A DNA stretch of 57,718 nt, the filler included, from Dimorphilus gyrociliatus (lineage: Eukaryota; Animalia; Annelida), in NCBI GenBank assembly GCA_904063045.1. It is 3 parts of 3 records of this genome, joined end to end, with 100 filler letters (N's around TTAATTAATTAA, not from the genome) between each part and the next. Parts side by side here need not be neighbours in the genome. Positions count along the whole stretch, not along the records: positions 1 to 25,662 come from CAJFCJ010000161.1; 2 more parts are not named here. The stretch is one strand, 5' to 3'. The notes under the pieces were generated by a model, which saw only the letters and a program-made list of their open reading frames with translations, was not told where the DNA came from and did not search any database. Shown here in pieces: positions 1-13,833 of the stretch. The position numbers and the translations under genes are program-made. Position 1 is the stretch's first letter, and each line of letters opens with the position of its first letter.

Positions 1-634
1 GATTTAGCTTTGAAATTTCAATTTTACCAATCGGTTTGACTTTGTTGGCAAAGTACAGAATATTTCCGCAAATTTCCCTATTGATCTTTGGCAAAAAACA
101 GTAAAGACGATTAGTGTTGAAGACGCGTCGAAATACAATTTGTCGATTAAAGGAAGAATCAATAAAAAAATCTGGAAATGAATAAATAATAAATGTTTTC
201 TTTTGGCTTCAATAACATCAATTACATGATTTGTTGGATAAGAAACACGTTACGCTTATTGGCTTAAAATGTTTTATATCTTGATTGGAACGGCTTAGAA
301 TTTTAAATTTGCAGTATAAATGTCTGCAAGACATCAAATAATACTTTTGGTATTTGTTACTATTCGATAAAGAATGTTTTAAATCAGTTCTGTAATGATC
401 ATAATTGTTGCTGTCCAAAGTTTTGCAGATAATTTCTCCTTCATTTTCAGTTTCTGGTATTATCAAAGGCTCGTTTGCCTTACCTAAATTGTGTTTAATT
501 TGTCCATTGCAGTAGTTGCTATTACATTTTTTCCCAATAAAAGAAAAGTTTAATCTCAAACAAGAAACGGGTGTACTGATGATTATGTAAGAAACCATGT
601 AAGAAACCAATGCGTTTATTGTAAATATTTCCAT
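1..634 (-). CDS. 5' part of receptor-family paralog E (signal peptide + SRCR-like domain); runs off the window
   Basis: ORF 218-634 starts with a hydrophobic leader. CNSNYCNGQI...IICKTLD matches CKGSYCYG...ICSKLGFD (gene C) and CTSSYCYG...KICDNLGYD (gene D). After a short intron the next exon contains RLYCFLPK, similar to RLYCLTNK in gene A. Confidence 0.6.
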
Positions 635-950
635 TCTCTATTGGAGAAAAAGAGAGAAAAAAAAAGAGAGAGAAGGCTTGCTTTTGTTTGTTATTAACTC
701 AATTCACTTGGATACTTTTCAAAGAAAACGTGATTTGCTTTGTAGATTTTCATTTTGCAGTTTAATCTAAGAAACTTGTCTTGACAATAATAGAAATTAT
801 TATCAATAGAATTCTATTTGAAATTTGATGAATTGATTAGACAGATTGAATAGAATGGTAAAGAAAACAACTTTTATCATCATTTTCAATAATTAATTTT
901 TAAAAGTTGATGGATTGTTCAAAGATTTTTTGTTCATTTCCTCAAAGAAA

Positions 951-3900
951 ATGCAATATTTACCATTAAAATTAACTCTATATACCGTCTTTCCTTTGAT
1001 AATCATTTGTCAGTGCAATCGAGTATAGAAGAAACTGACGTTTACATTTACGGATACTTGAAAGTCGAAATATTCAAAAATAATTCAATAGAATTTGTAG
1101 CTTTTGAGAAATTGAATAAGATATTTTATGAGAAAATATGCAAGTTTTTAGGCTATGATCAATTCCATTTTACTGCAAATATTTGCCAAAAACAATTAAA
1201 TGGTCTGTATCTAAGTGCCAGATGATTGAATGATCAATAAAAATATTGTACTCAAATTGAAGATAGGCCAACAGTTCAAATCTCAAGTATGCTGGGAAGG
1301 TGTTGCTATTTGTAAGTAGACTACAACTTTACTCCTTTTTTCGCAAAATACGAAACTGACAAAACAGATTTGAATCAAAACGAAAGGAAAGTGACAGACT
1401 ATTTTGTTTAAAATGCTTTAAAAACAATGTAAAATGTTTGTAAAGATGGAAAAAAAACGATCTTTGCAATACAAATTTTTTTTTCCATATATAGATTTGT
1501 TTTCATTGAAAGTGAAAAAAGGAAAAATTGAAAAATACCAGTTAATCCTAAGGGAATACTCAAATAATTTTATGTTAATTGGCAAGTTTAATAATGCAAC
1601 TGATAAGGAATTTGTCTGTTCACTGTCCCAATTTATCAAAAGCAATGTGAAAGTACTCAATACGAAGAATTTCTCTAAGCAAGCCACTTCGTTAGAAAAT
1701 TCAAGTATAATCATTAGAGGGAAAATTTTGGAGAGTAATGATAAAATTATTTGCTATGATTACGAAATCAAAGGTTAATTGACGAGAAGGATTGAGTAGC
1801 TGGCCCCTTAATGCCTTATCAGGGGCAAAAATGTTAGGGGTTAGGCCTACCTGAAATAACTTGTTTATTCATTCTAGACATGGAGATTAAATATTTGCCA
1901 ACAATTTTCTTTCGGCAAGAAAATTCTAATGAATTCTATGATAATAAATCAATTAGTCTGATGATACAATCAAAAACTTATGGAAATTTTCCACTTGTTT
2001 TTAAAACTGGCCAATCAAAATTGAAAATTTTTCAAATGACTTGTAAATCTATAAACAATCAAGTTGTTGACACTTTCAAAGCGGTTTATGAAATGAGAAA
2101 TTACTGGAAAAAACAGGTAAGAATCAATCGCCAACTCATCAAATCTTTAGGGTCTACTAATATCCATTGTTTTTCATTGATTTCCAGAAAGGATTCTGTC
2201 CTCATATTGTTAATTATCACTTTCAGAATGATAATGATAAATTCTTAGTTTTTCATGATTGTAAATGGGATAATTCCTACTTGAATGGTTGTAAATTGTA
2301 CTTGACTGATGAAAATTTCTTCCAGCCAAGATTGTATTGTTTAACGAACAAATGTATAAAATAAGATATTTTCTCGAAACTACAATTGGGAAGACTGTTA
2401 AACAACAACAAAAATTACACCTTTTCAGATAGTAATCATTTGTATAGATTCAGAAATCATATTCATTCAATCTATGAGAAAAATCACTCTCTAAATCAGA
2501 TGATTGGAACGGTAGAAGCGAAAAGCGTCTATTTCTGGTATAGTATTTGTCCAATGAATTTAAGGGAGAGAGAAGTAAACATATTATGTAAATATTTTGG
2601 TTTCGATAAGGGAATGCTGGTATTGGACACTGGCACAGAACCTTTTTATTATAGTAGAGGCTATTCGCAATCACTTCAACTTTCGTGCTCATCAATAAAC
2701 AATTCGTTTGACGAGTGTACAAAGACGTTTTCCTGCCCATTCTTTGATCACTCTCCATATTCAAAGTAGGCAAAAGACACTCTGTAAACGAGAATTGTTG
2801 AAAATCGTTTTAATTAATTTCAGAAAGGGAGATGATTATGAATTAAAATTCAATTCTCCAAACTTTGATAAATTGCTGTTCAAAACAATGATGAAATGCT
2901 TTAAAACTACAGATGGAAAAAGTAATAAACTATAAGATATATTCCTTCATTAACCTTGATTCTCTTCTTCCAAAAGAAGGCTTTGAAAGAAATAAAACTA
3001 AAAGTAGTTACTACTTGATAGACTCTTTAAAATATCAATATTTCCAATCAGAAAAGCCAGTGTCGGTAGATGGCGCAATAGACTTTTGCAGAAAGAAAAA
3101 TCTCTTTCTTCCAGATTATACAAACCCCTATGATTTCAATAGAATTTCACATATGTTAAAGCTTCAAATGCTTGAAAAATATGGTTCTAATTTTGATAAA
3201 ATTAAGAAAGAGCTTTTTCAAATTCAATTGCCAATTGGTTTGTTTATTTAAAAAAAAAACCTAACAAACAAACAAACAACAAAAATAGAAATTTTCTTTA
3301 ATAAAAAATAGGTTTTCAACATGTTTTGAACTCTAGAAACATTTCCATACTTGTTACATCATCAAGATTTCCTTATGAATTAATTTCATCATTATATGCA
3401 TTTGATTTAAGGTTGGTCTATGGCCACTTTTAGGGCAATTGCTACCAAATTTCAACAGAGTCTTATTGATGCAGATCTTTTAAGATAATATTTGGTAAAG
3501 GAGGAACGTATGGTATAAATCCCCAACACTTATTCAATCCATCCTCATTATGCTACAAACTTCATTTCCATACTGAAACTGTTCATCTTCCATATACATA
3601 TATCTATAATTTTACTATAAGAAAAGTTGAATGCTACTCAAAACTATTTTATTCATTTTTTTGTATAAGTGTAGAATTCTTTCAAAATTTTGGAAATTTG
3701 ACAAACTCGATAGAAAATACCCGAATCTCAAATATCTTCAATGGCTGCAAGCTCAATTTCTTTTTATGTCCAAATACTAAAAATTGTATAAACTTTGTAA
3801 ATTTATGCGATGGAGATAATGACTGCCAAAATGGAGAAGATGAGGAGAATTGCACAACAAGTAGTTTATTTCAATGCGAGAATGGCCAAGAGATATCATT

Positions 3901-4852
3901 GCAATTTGTCTGTAATTTCAATTTGGATTGTGCGGATGGAAGTGACGAAAGGAATTGCGGTTTGTACAAGTTTTTTTTCGTTTCTAACTGCAATTTGTTA
4001 CTTTTTCTTCTCTCTTTTTCTAGTGAGTAAAGAGTGTCCCAGTGAATTTTTCAAGTAAAGAAAAAACATAAGATATCTCCTTTTATTTCCCAATTTCAAT
4101 TACTTTTGATTATTGGGAGACTTTTGAAGGCAGCAGTTGAACCTAAAAAAATGGAATGCTTTCAATGAAAATCCATCTTATCGTTCTTAACCAAAAATAA
4201 ATTCCCTCTCCCATGACCAAGCAGTCACTTATTTTTTTGGGTCAGCTGCCCTGTAAAATTTCCCAATGCAACTCAACTTTCTTCTTATTTATTTAGATGT
4301 AAAAATAGGCAGTGCATACCCTTGAAATATCCTCTACAATTCGACAATAAACGTCACTGCTTCGACAATAGTGACGAAGAGTTGAATCCTATAGGTAGGA
4401 CATTTAGAATTAAAGAAGATTGGATTGTTTAAGAAATTCTTTAAAAAATAGATTGTGAAATTAATAAGGGATTGGTTTGCGAATTCCAATGTATTAACAG
4501 GAAGAAACTCTGCGATTTTAAAGCTGATTGTCCTTTGGAGATTGATGAACTAGAAATAAATAATTGTAAACATCTGTCAAACATGAATGCCGAAATGTTT
4601 CTAAAAAAGTTTCAAAATCAAACTTGTGATATTGAACTCTCCAATCAGGGAAAATCGATATTGAGAAATTTTTATCCTTGGTCCAATAGTAGGAATTGCA
4701 AGGGTAGGTGTAAATTGGGAAAATACGTATGCTGGTATACATTTCTCTGTCTATCAATTGATTTGGTTTGCGATGGTATTAACCATTGTTACTATGGTGA
4801 TGACGAGATTGGATGCGGTGAGTGTCTTATTTTTGAAATTTTTATTCATCAG

Positions 4853-4883
<31 letters not shown>

Positions 4884-6908
4884 GTTAGAAAATTACAAGG
4901 GTACTGGATTGTTCAAGTGCAAGAATGAAAAATATTGGCTAGACTCCGGCAAACTTTGCGATGGTGTAGTCCATTGTAGAAATGGGAATGATGAATTGCT
5001 TTGTTCGAATGCTATTGACTGTCCTAAAAGTTGTAATTGTAGACCAACCTATTCAATAATATGCCCAAAAAACATACTTGATGTTTTGGAGATTAGAATA
5101 ACTAATCATAAACAGCTGATTTTGAAAGGTATTGATGTTGATTTAATAAAAGTAAATTCAACACTGACTGTTACATACCTGGAAATAATTGGTGGATTTA
5201 TGAAGACAACTTCAATTGCTTGTTTATTTCCCAATATCTATTATTTGAATTTAAGGGATAATCTAATTTCATTCTTAACCAATGGACAATGTTTTAAAAA
5301 GCTTCAAATTTTAAATTTGTCTAAAAATCCATTAGCTTTTATTACTGAAGGATCATTCAAATTTTTCAATGAATTAAGATATCTAGATTTGTCTGAAAGT
5401 GAATTATCATCTCTAAATTTGAAAATTTTTGAAAAATTACAAAAATTATCAATCTTATTAATGACAAACTGCAAATTAGATTTTATTGAAATGGAAATAT
5501 TTCAACTATTTGAAAATTTAACTGAATTACATTTCAATAATTCAAATATTCCTTTTTTAAATTTTTCAACTGGTATTTTAATGTTGAATAGATTGCAAAA
5601 GTTTTTTAACAATGATTATAGATTATGTTGTATTGGTAGGAAATATTTGAAATATTTGAGAATATGTTTCTCCACCGGAAGTGGAAGAACATGTGACTAC
5701 ATTCTATCAACAATATTCCTTAAACTGTTACTTTTTTGCTCTGGTGTTTTTTTGTGTTTTTCTTTACTATTCAATTATTTATTGGTCTATTTAAAAAATC
5801 CAAACATGGATACTGGTTGTATTGGTGTATTTTTGAAAATACCAGATTTTTCACTATCATTACATTTGATAATGTTTTTTCAAGTTCACATTTCAAACAA
5901 TGGAATTTCAATTGAAAATATACAGAAAATAGCTCATACGAAATTATGTAAATTGACTGAATTCATTCTATTCTTTTCATTTTCATACGAACATTTCATT
6001 TTAATTTTTCAATATATTCAAATATCGCTCATTGCAAATAATAAATCATTGAAAGATTACTTTAAATATCAAAAACTTTACTATCTATCCTCTTTGCTAT
6101 TGTCTTTAATATTGGCTTTTACCTTGGTTTATTTAAATCAAGTAAACAATTACCAACTGAGATTGACAGAAAACGTCCAGCAACTGATTTTGGTCTCCTC
6201 TAAGGGTTAAGGGTAATGGGAAAGGGTTAGGTTAAGGATTAGAGTAAAAACAGGGATTTTTGGACGTTTTCTTGTCCTGTCCTTACCAACTTAACTATAG
6301 TATATTATTCATCATAGTTTTATTTTTGTGAACACAGTCTGTTGATTCACAACTCCTTTGCACCTGCCAATTTCACTTTGAAAATCTCTACTCATTTAAG
6401 GAATGGACTATTAAAATTTTATTGTTTACTTTATCTCCAATAATTCATATTGTTTTAATCGTTTTCTTCCAAAGAAAAATCTATAAATTATTCAAAATGA
6501 GATTATCAACAATAACAGTTTTTCCCTTAATCCCTCAGGGAATTCTCAAGAATGTTTTGTACATTTTACAAATGATTTCTGGACTTATTTTTTCATATAA
6601 AAAGGTAAAAAGTAAATGAAGTTGGATAAGGCAATTATTAATTCAACTTTTTTTCTGTTCAGATGAACACTACCACCTATAGATATACAATAATATCATT
6701 ATACTGTTCCATACCTGTCCTTTATTATTACTATTTGGTTATGGAAATGTTCAAGACTCTCAATACAAGATACTTTTCCCTCAAACATAAAAGGTATAAA
6801 GAACAACTTGAATACTCTTCATTTTCTGTTGGCTATATTTACAGGCAGAGAATCTTTAATAAGGAACAAGAAAGTATAATTGATCAAAGTGAATCTCCCT
6901 ACACCTGA
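951..6908 (+). CDS. Receptor paralog A: SRCR-like, C-type lectin, multiple LDLa, LRR and a diverged 7TM (GRL101/LGR-C-like); multi-exon, possibly a pseudogene
   Basis: Leader MQYLPLKLTLYTVFPLIIICQC needs a 1-nt shift to join IEETDVYIYG...KICKFLGYD. SRCR-like 2386-2769; CTLD-like YQYFQSEKPVSVDGAIDFC 2913-3251; LDLa CDGDNDCQNGEDEENC etc. 3760-4990; LRRs (LNLSKNPL, LDLSESEL) and TM helices in ORF 4909-6210; further TM exons to 6908. No NPxxY found. Confidence 0.75.
4128..4252. mobile_element. Intronic mini inverted-repeat element (MITE-like)
   Basis: Left end ggcagcagttgaacctaaaaaaa is an imperfect inverted repeat of right end tttttttgggtcagctgccc. No clear TSD. Confidence 0.5.
4855..4882. repeat. 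(CT)n microsatellite in intron
   Basis: tctctatctctctctctctctctctctc. Confidence 0.9.
6159..6282. mobile_element. 124-bp MULE-type MITE with 9-bp TSD and internal telomere-like repeats
   Basis: TIR gacagaaaacgtcca / tggacgttttcttgtc; flanking direct repeat ttaccaact at 6150-6158 and 6283-6291; core gggttaagggtaatgggaaagggttaggtta. Confidence 0.7.
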
Positions 6909-7491
6909 CAAATAGAATAGTTTTTTATTGTTCAATTCTTTTGTCTCCCTATCAGGGCTTGACTACCTGAAGAATAAGTGTGAAAATCATATTGTCTGCG
7001 ATAGTGAACCGTTTAAGAGAATCGCCATTCCTCTATCTAATACATCAGCATTTACATTAAATCAGAGAGTAGACTGTTTGAAAGACATGATAAAAACTGT
7101 TGCAGATTGTCATGACATTAATATATGCTTCAAAGGAAGTATGTCAGCCAGAAATTTTGTACAATTGGTTAAAAATATTTCATATTTTCTTTTAAATAAT
7201 TAAACACAAATATTTGTTTGCAGAATTCTCGTTTTAAATTTATACTTTTATTAGATTCAATCTCAGATTTCAATCAAGATGGAATAACAAAAGATATAGA
7301 AATAATAGGCCGAATTATTGATAAATTTATTACATCTTTTTATGTTTAATTTGTTGAATAAATACTAATTGAAAATATTCATTTATATTAGTGACTCGTG
7401 ATTTTTTTTTTCTTTCAAAAGTTGATTAGTTTTGCTTTAACAATAAATAGATATTTATTATTTCCTTCTTCTTCTTCTTTCACTCGTATAG

Positions 7492-10400
7492 ATGGCACAC
7501 AATTTCTCTCTCCTTTTTTATCTTGTTCTATTTCTTCAAGTCGCTTCTCTATTGAGCTTTAGATTATGCAATAAACTAGTTGAAAAACTGGACGTAGAAC
7601 CATTTAACAAGAAGCAAGTGATATACCATATTGAACCTATTGACGAAACAGAACATTATATATATGGATTATTAAACATCAAAGTTATTAAATGGAATAT
7701 GACGTATCTATTGGATGTCAAATCAACTGTAACTGACAAGTACATTCGAAAAATATGCAAAAGGATGCGCTATGATCAACTTCATTTTTGGGCGCAAAGA
7801 TGTGAGACAAAAGAGAGTACGTGACAAAGAAAGAGGCTGTTGAATAACGCCCGTTTTTGGTTGGGAATTGGTTAAGAATGATTAACTACTTAAAACAGGG
7901 TTCAGGTCTGGGTTAGGGTAAAAACCAAAAAACAAAACTATGGGCGTTCGTCAACAACTTTCAAGAATAGAAAATTTACAGAGCCTAATTTTTAAAAAAC
8001 AAAAAAATTCCTTTAGGAAGAACTGAATTATTTTTACATCAGGAAGGAAAATCTGTTACAATGTGAATGATTCAAGTTTTTTTCTTTTAACCTTCTTAAT
8101 TGTCAAATCATTACAATTCTCCATTATTTTTCCATCTCCATAAATAGAAACAGATACTATGAGAATTCCGACAATGGCCACGAATTTTGTATCAAGTGCT
8201 TTAAAACTGATGTATTCTGTTTGTTGAAATTAAACGACTGGTACCCCATTCCATTCTTCTTTTGATTTGTACTTGTTTTCAACAGATATATTTGGAATTT
8301 ATGTAGATGGTAAAGATTATCCAACTTACAGGCGTTCAAAGTTATATGGTAGATATAATAAAAAATCCTATTACTTAAGAATTTCAGGTGTTCAGGATAT
8401 CTGTTCCCATTCCCTCTACGAAATTGCTACCAATAAGTATCACAAGAGGAGTTATAGAAGTGTACTAGTTAAAAGACTGCCTAATGGAAAACTTGAATTT
8501 AAATTGATTAAATATAAATACAGTTATCACAGATGCTATAATGAAGAGATTGAATCATACTCATTTAAATTGGCTAATTCATCTACTCCAAACGTTTATC
8601 AGTATAATGTTGGAAAAGAGAAGATTTTAATACCACTTCTTCATTCAAAAACTTATGGAATAATTCCGCTGTTATTCAATTTTGGTACACTTGAATTCTT
8701 TCAATAGTCTTTTGAATGAATGTTTGATTGAACTTGATTATTTTTAGAGCTCATATCTTTTGACAACAATTTTAATACTTTCTGTTTACAACAAAACAAA
8801 ACACTTAGACTGGAAAAGAAAAAATTCTTAATAAATCCCTTCTCTGAAAAGGTCAATGTCAAGTTTTTGGGAATAGAAATTGAACACTAAAATTATATAT
8901 CCATTCAATTAGTTTTGGGATTGCGAAGATCAATTCAATTATTATTTACAAAGAAAACTGAAACCAGTTATTTACCAGTGTCACAATTATGATTATTCCT
9001 CAGATAAATGCTCATTAATTGCCACTGAACACGTTTCTCCCTACACCATTGAGCTGGAGTGTATAGAGAATGTTCATACATTTCAAAGTATCAATAGTTT
9101 CTTCAACTGCTTACAATTTAATCCTTTCTAATGGGAGAATAATTTGTTTTCTGCAGAAGGAGACCTGTCCCTGTTTAACGGAGATAACATCTACTATGGT
9201 CCTCCAAATCAGCATCTTAATACTAAAAGCCATTGGGAATTTGTAGGAAATGTTCAAATTTTTCTAAAAGGAACATGGTTTCAAATATGTCCTGAGTATC
9301 TAACTGACGAGAAGACAAAATTTATTTGTCAAAAACTTGGATTTCTATCAGGATTTAGGGCAAAAAATCAAATACACATTGTAGAAAAGATTTCTATTAT
9401 GCAAACAATCAATTATTGCCAGAATGTCAGCCAATGGAGTTTACCACTTTGTCATACCACTTGTTATTCTTTTGAACGCCTTTATGGTATTTCCCGAGTC
9501 AAAGAGTATTTTCAGTCTTTCAAGTATTTATATATATATATTTATATTAATATATAGCAAATAAACAAACGAACAAACACACAGGCATGGTATTTACTCT
9601 TTTACAAACTCCCTCAAGTCAATTATCAAATGTACAAACTTGAAAGAACAAGGTATTTTTTTTGCATTTAGTTAAAATTTTCCGTGTCTACAAACTGTCA
9701 ATATGATATTGAACATTTACTTAAATTGTTTGGTAAACAAACAAACAAACAAACAGTTTTAGATTGTCCTCACAAAACTGCTTACAATTTTGACAATAAA
9801 TGCTACTATTTCTTTAATGAACAAACTAAACATTCACCTGCTGAGGCGAAGCAATATTGCCTTAAAAGAAATATGACACTTGTTGATATAACTTGGACAA
9901 ACTTACAGCATATTTATTCAATGTTGCCTCTAGAAGAAGAATTTGAATTTGAAAATACCAGCAGCTTTCACAGGAAATCCAAACTGATAGCAAGTACGTT
10001 ACAATTTCTTATCAGTCGGAGAAACATATATCTTCATAATTAGTCCTATAATTTTATAATTGTCCAATAATTTTTTCAAGTGCACAACACAAAATTAAAT
10101 TCAAGAAATAGAAATATTTCTATAACATCCGAAGGTTATTTAGTTGATTTTTCTTCATCCATTATCCATAACCCTAACAAGTTGGTAAAGACTTTTTTAT
10201 CACTTCGATTTTCTTTCTAGTCTTCTCTTCTTCCTTCTTCCTTCTTCCCTATAATCCTCTCCCTCTCTCTCTCTCTCTTTCACCAACCTGCTCTGTCTTT
10301 CAAACAGAGACTTTTGCAAATTTTACACCAATCATTATACTGGTAGCCATGAAAGTTTTGTGAAATTGAATGGGAAATTTACTTGTACAGCAGTTACTTT

Positions 10401-13400
10401 TGAAGGTTCAGGTCCACTTTTTGACTATTTTAATGAAATTGTTGATAAATTTGCTTTTGAGGAAGTTGATTGTTATGCAAAAGTTATAAATACCATTTTT
10501 TGTACTTTACCAAAAGGTTTACGATGTGAGTTAAACTTACAATGTCAGACTCTCTTTGTTTCTGTTTAGACACTTATACTTTTGTTGGAAATCATTGGGA
10601 TTCCCATCTTATTTCCATGGAAACAATCGTTTGCCCACCATCATCATTTTTATGTAATATATCAAACATATGTATAAATCTGGCAGATGTTTGTGATGGT
10701 AATTCTGACTGTTCATACTCTGAAGATGAGGAAAATTGTGACAAACTTTTATACCAATGTGGAAATGGTCAAGAAATAGGTTTCCAACGTGTTTGCGATT
10801 ATAATATCGACTGTAAAAATGAAGCTGATGAACATATGTGTGGTTTGTTACAATAATTTAATGGAAAATGGTAGGGTGGGACGAGGAAAGATGAGGGTAT
10901 TGAGGGTCATATTCTTTCCTGAATAAGTCCAACCTAACCCTAACCCTAGTTACTCCATTACTTATATTTTTTTTATTAACGAATGTTTTTTCCATTTCAA
11001 ATTTAAATTAGTAAGAAAGAAGTGTCCTGAAATCAGGTCAGTTTGTCAATATTTTTGTAACTAATCCTAATTATATCTTTGATCATAGTTGCCAGAATAG
11101 TATGGAATGTATATTAAGGGCAAATGAATGTGATAACGAATTGAATTGCTTTGATGGTTCAGACGAGCAATTTTGTTCAAAATTTTACGGTAAATGTTTG
11201 TTTGTTTTTTTTGTTTGTTTTTTTGACAAGACGAAATATATTTAGATTGTAGTGAAATTTCAAGATTTATCTGTGACGGAGAATGTAAAAGTTTATCGCA
11301 TAAATGCGATTTTCAATTGAATTGCAAAGATTTTTCTGATGAGAGTTTAAATTGCGCAATTCAAAATGTGACTTTTGATTATAAATTCTGTGTTGAAAAT
11401 TTCCAAAATTTTTCAAATGATTGTAATTTGGAATATAATTCTTTAGGAGAATTAAAATCTAAATTGTATTATCCATTCAATAAGTTTTTGAATTGTTCAA
11501 AGGAAACTGGAGGATGCAGAGTTGGATATTATCAGTGTAGAAGAACATATTATTGCATATCTATCGAACAAGTTTGTGATAATATTCCGCACTGTCCTTT
11601 AGATGATGATGAATACGATTGTGGTTTGTAAACAATTTGAAAGTTTGTCCAGTTTCTTTTACCCTATTCACCTTTCTAGACAACTTTTATCCAAAGGGTT
11701 TCTTTAAATGTAAAAATGAAAATTACTTTATCACTCTTACAAAAGTTTGCAATGGAATTATGAACTGCTTGAAAGGAAATGATGAACTATTTTGTCAAGA
11801 GCCTTTAGCTTGTTGGGAAAAGTGCATTTGTACACCTCTATATACAATGAATTGTTCAGGAATATCAGTAGAGAGCAATGGTACAGAATACACTCTAAGA
11901 GGACATAAGAGATTGCTGATAACAGCTTCTGAAATTACTGGAATATTTTTTAAAGGAGTTTTAACACTGACAGTCTTGGAAATATATAATACTCAACTAA
12001 CTATCTTCCCAAAAGTTTCCATATTTCCCAATTTGTTCTATTTGAATTTAAGGAATAATCAATTAAGAGAGATCAACATTGACAATAGAAACACTTTATA
12101 TAAATTGAAATATCTCTCTTTGGCCAATAATCCAATAAGAATATCTAAAATTTTTGTGTTCAATCATTTAAAGAATTTAAGGTATTTGGATTTGTCAAAA
12201 ACCCAGATTTTTCACTTGAAATCTTCCTTCTTCTACCAATTGAATTCTCTTATTGTTTTAAAAATGGCGGATAACCATATTAAATCAATAAATAGTAGTA
12301 TTTTTATAGAAATGTTTAGTTTGATTGAAATTCATTGGAATCGATCTGAAATTTCACCAAAAATCATAGGAACAGATTTGGGTAAAATGTTGAAAACAGT
12401 TGTAAGAATCTATAGTGAAGTATTCAAATTGTGCTGTTTAACAAAAATATATGCTCCAAATTTGACATATTGCACACCAAAGAAATCTGATATTCATTCT
12501 TGCAATGATTTAATTCCATTAACTATTTTCAAATCATTGGTTTGGATTATTGGAATATTAAGTTCAATTGGAAATTGTTTTGCCTTGTTTGTTCATTTAA
12601 AGGGAAAGAGTAAAACTAGTCAAATTTTTTACATTCTCCTCACAATAGGAGATTTATTTACTGGCATCTATTTTCTAATAATTGGAATAGTTGACAGAGC
12701 TTTTAAGGGAAACTATGTTGAAAATGATTTTTCTTGGAGAAGCAGTATTTTTTGCAGTTTTTTAGGTTGTTTTTTAAGCTTTGCTACTCTGCTCTCAATA
12801 TTTAGCCTACTTTTGATTACAATTGAAAGATTCTCAAAGATCACCAAACCATTTAATGCAAGATTTACAAAGAGGAAGAAAATCATCTATAGTATATTAA
12901 TATTGATAGTCTCACTTAAAATACCAACTCTTCCTTTCTTTTTCTACCAAGTATGAATTGTTTTTTTCTTATTTGCCGCAATAAATGATTCAATAGGAGT
13001 GTAAAGATACAGTATCCAACTATTTTAGGGATTTTATTCAAGTTCCTCTATGTGCTATTTACTTCATATCAGAACAAAAAAGACTGAGGGATGGCTATAT
13101 TCACTCTTAGTTTATGGAATTTTGATGATAACAATATCATTGTTTGTAATTCTCTTCTATATTAATATGATTGTGTTTATAATCAGATCTAAAAATATTA
13201 CCACCAAGAAGAATTTTGCTAGAAGGTTGAAGAAGATAAGACAAACTTCTTTTGCAATAATTGTTACTAATCTAAGTTGTTGGTTGCCTATATCAGTGTT
13301 GGGTTAGTTTTGTTAGTGTATTGTGATTTTTCTCTCTTTCTAGTGTTGCAGGAGATTCTGTTATCAGTTTGCTACCCTAACTGCTAGATACCAAAATCTC

Positions 13401-13641
13401 TTCCCTCACTTCCTTCTCTTCCTCCTCCTCCTCCTCACTTAACAAAATATACTTTACTTCCATTCCTTATCTTCTAGGTGTATTATCAAATATTATTGAA
13501 GTTAAAATGAGTGATGATATCTACACTATATTTATAGTTAGCATTTTACCTGTGAACTCTGTTGTCAATCCATTTATTTACAGTCTGGCTAATGCAAAGG
13601 AAATTTTGGAAAAAAGAAAAACTGTCTTTAAGCAAATGTAA
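7492..13641 (+). CDS. Receptor paralog B: signal peptide, SRCR-like domains, C-type lectin, LDLa repeats, LRRs and a canonical rhodopsin-type 7TM (GRL101/RXFP-like LGR)
   Basis: Signal MAHNFSLLFYLVLFLQVASLLS; SRCR-like WFQICPEYLTDEKTKFICQKLGF; CTLD KCYYFFNE...AKQYCLKRNMTLVDI; LDLa CDGNSDCSYSEDEENC and others; LRRs; TM motifs IGILSSIGN, LTIGDLFTGIY, SWRSSIFC, LITIERF, TNLSCWLPI; last exon LPVNSVVNPFIY; stop TAA at 13639-13641. Confidence 0.9.
7835..7959. mobile_element. Intronic MITE with gggcgtt..tcaaca termini (related to the MULE end at 54140-54193)
   Basis: gttgaataacgccc ... gggcgttcgtcaac inverted repeat; internal gggttcaggtctgggttagggta. TSD imperfect. Confidence 0.6.
10858..10960. repeat. 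Intronic mini inverted repeat with (CCCTAA)n-like motif
   Basis: taatggaaaatggtaggg ... cctaaccctaaccctagttactccatta. Confidence 0.45.
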
Positions 13642-13833
13642 TAGAGGAGCAGTATTCTATTTTCTTGATATCTTTCAAATTATTCTAACCTTTACATTCA
13701 AGGAAAATCCAAGCTGAAAGAGACTTGATGGAGAAATTTTTATATGGTAATCAATACTTTTTTTTAGAATGGAAATTTTTCCTTTCTCATAAAAAGTCGC
13801 CATTTTCTTTTTTTGAGTTGTTTCTTACATCTA

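Noticed and set aside
117-140. ttgaagacgcgtcgaaat, hammerhead-like
   Set aside because: First core base is U rather than C, no stem I/III pairing, and it lies in a probable minus-strand exon of gene E.
6967-6992. ctgaagaataagtgtgaaaatc, hammerhead-like core
   Set aside because: No valid stem III with a UH site and no stem I.
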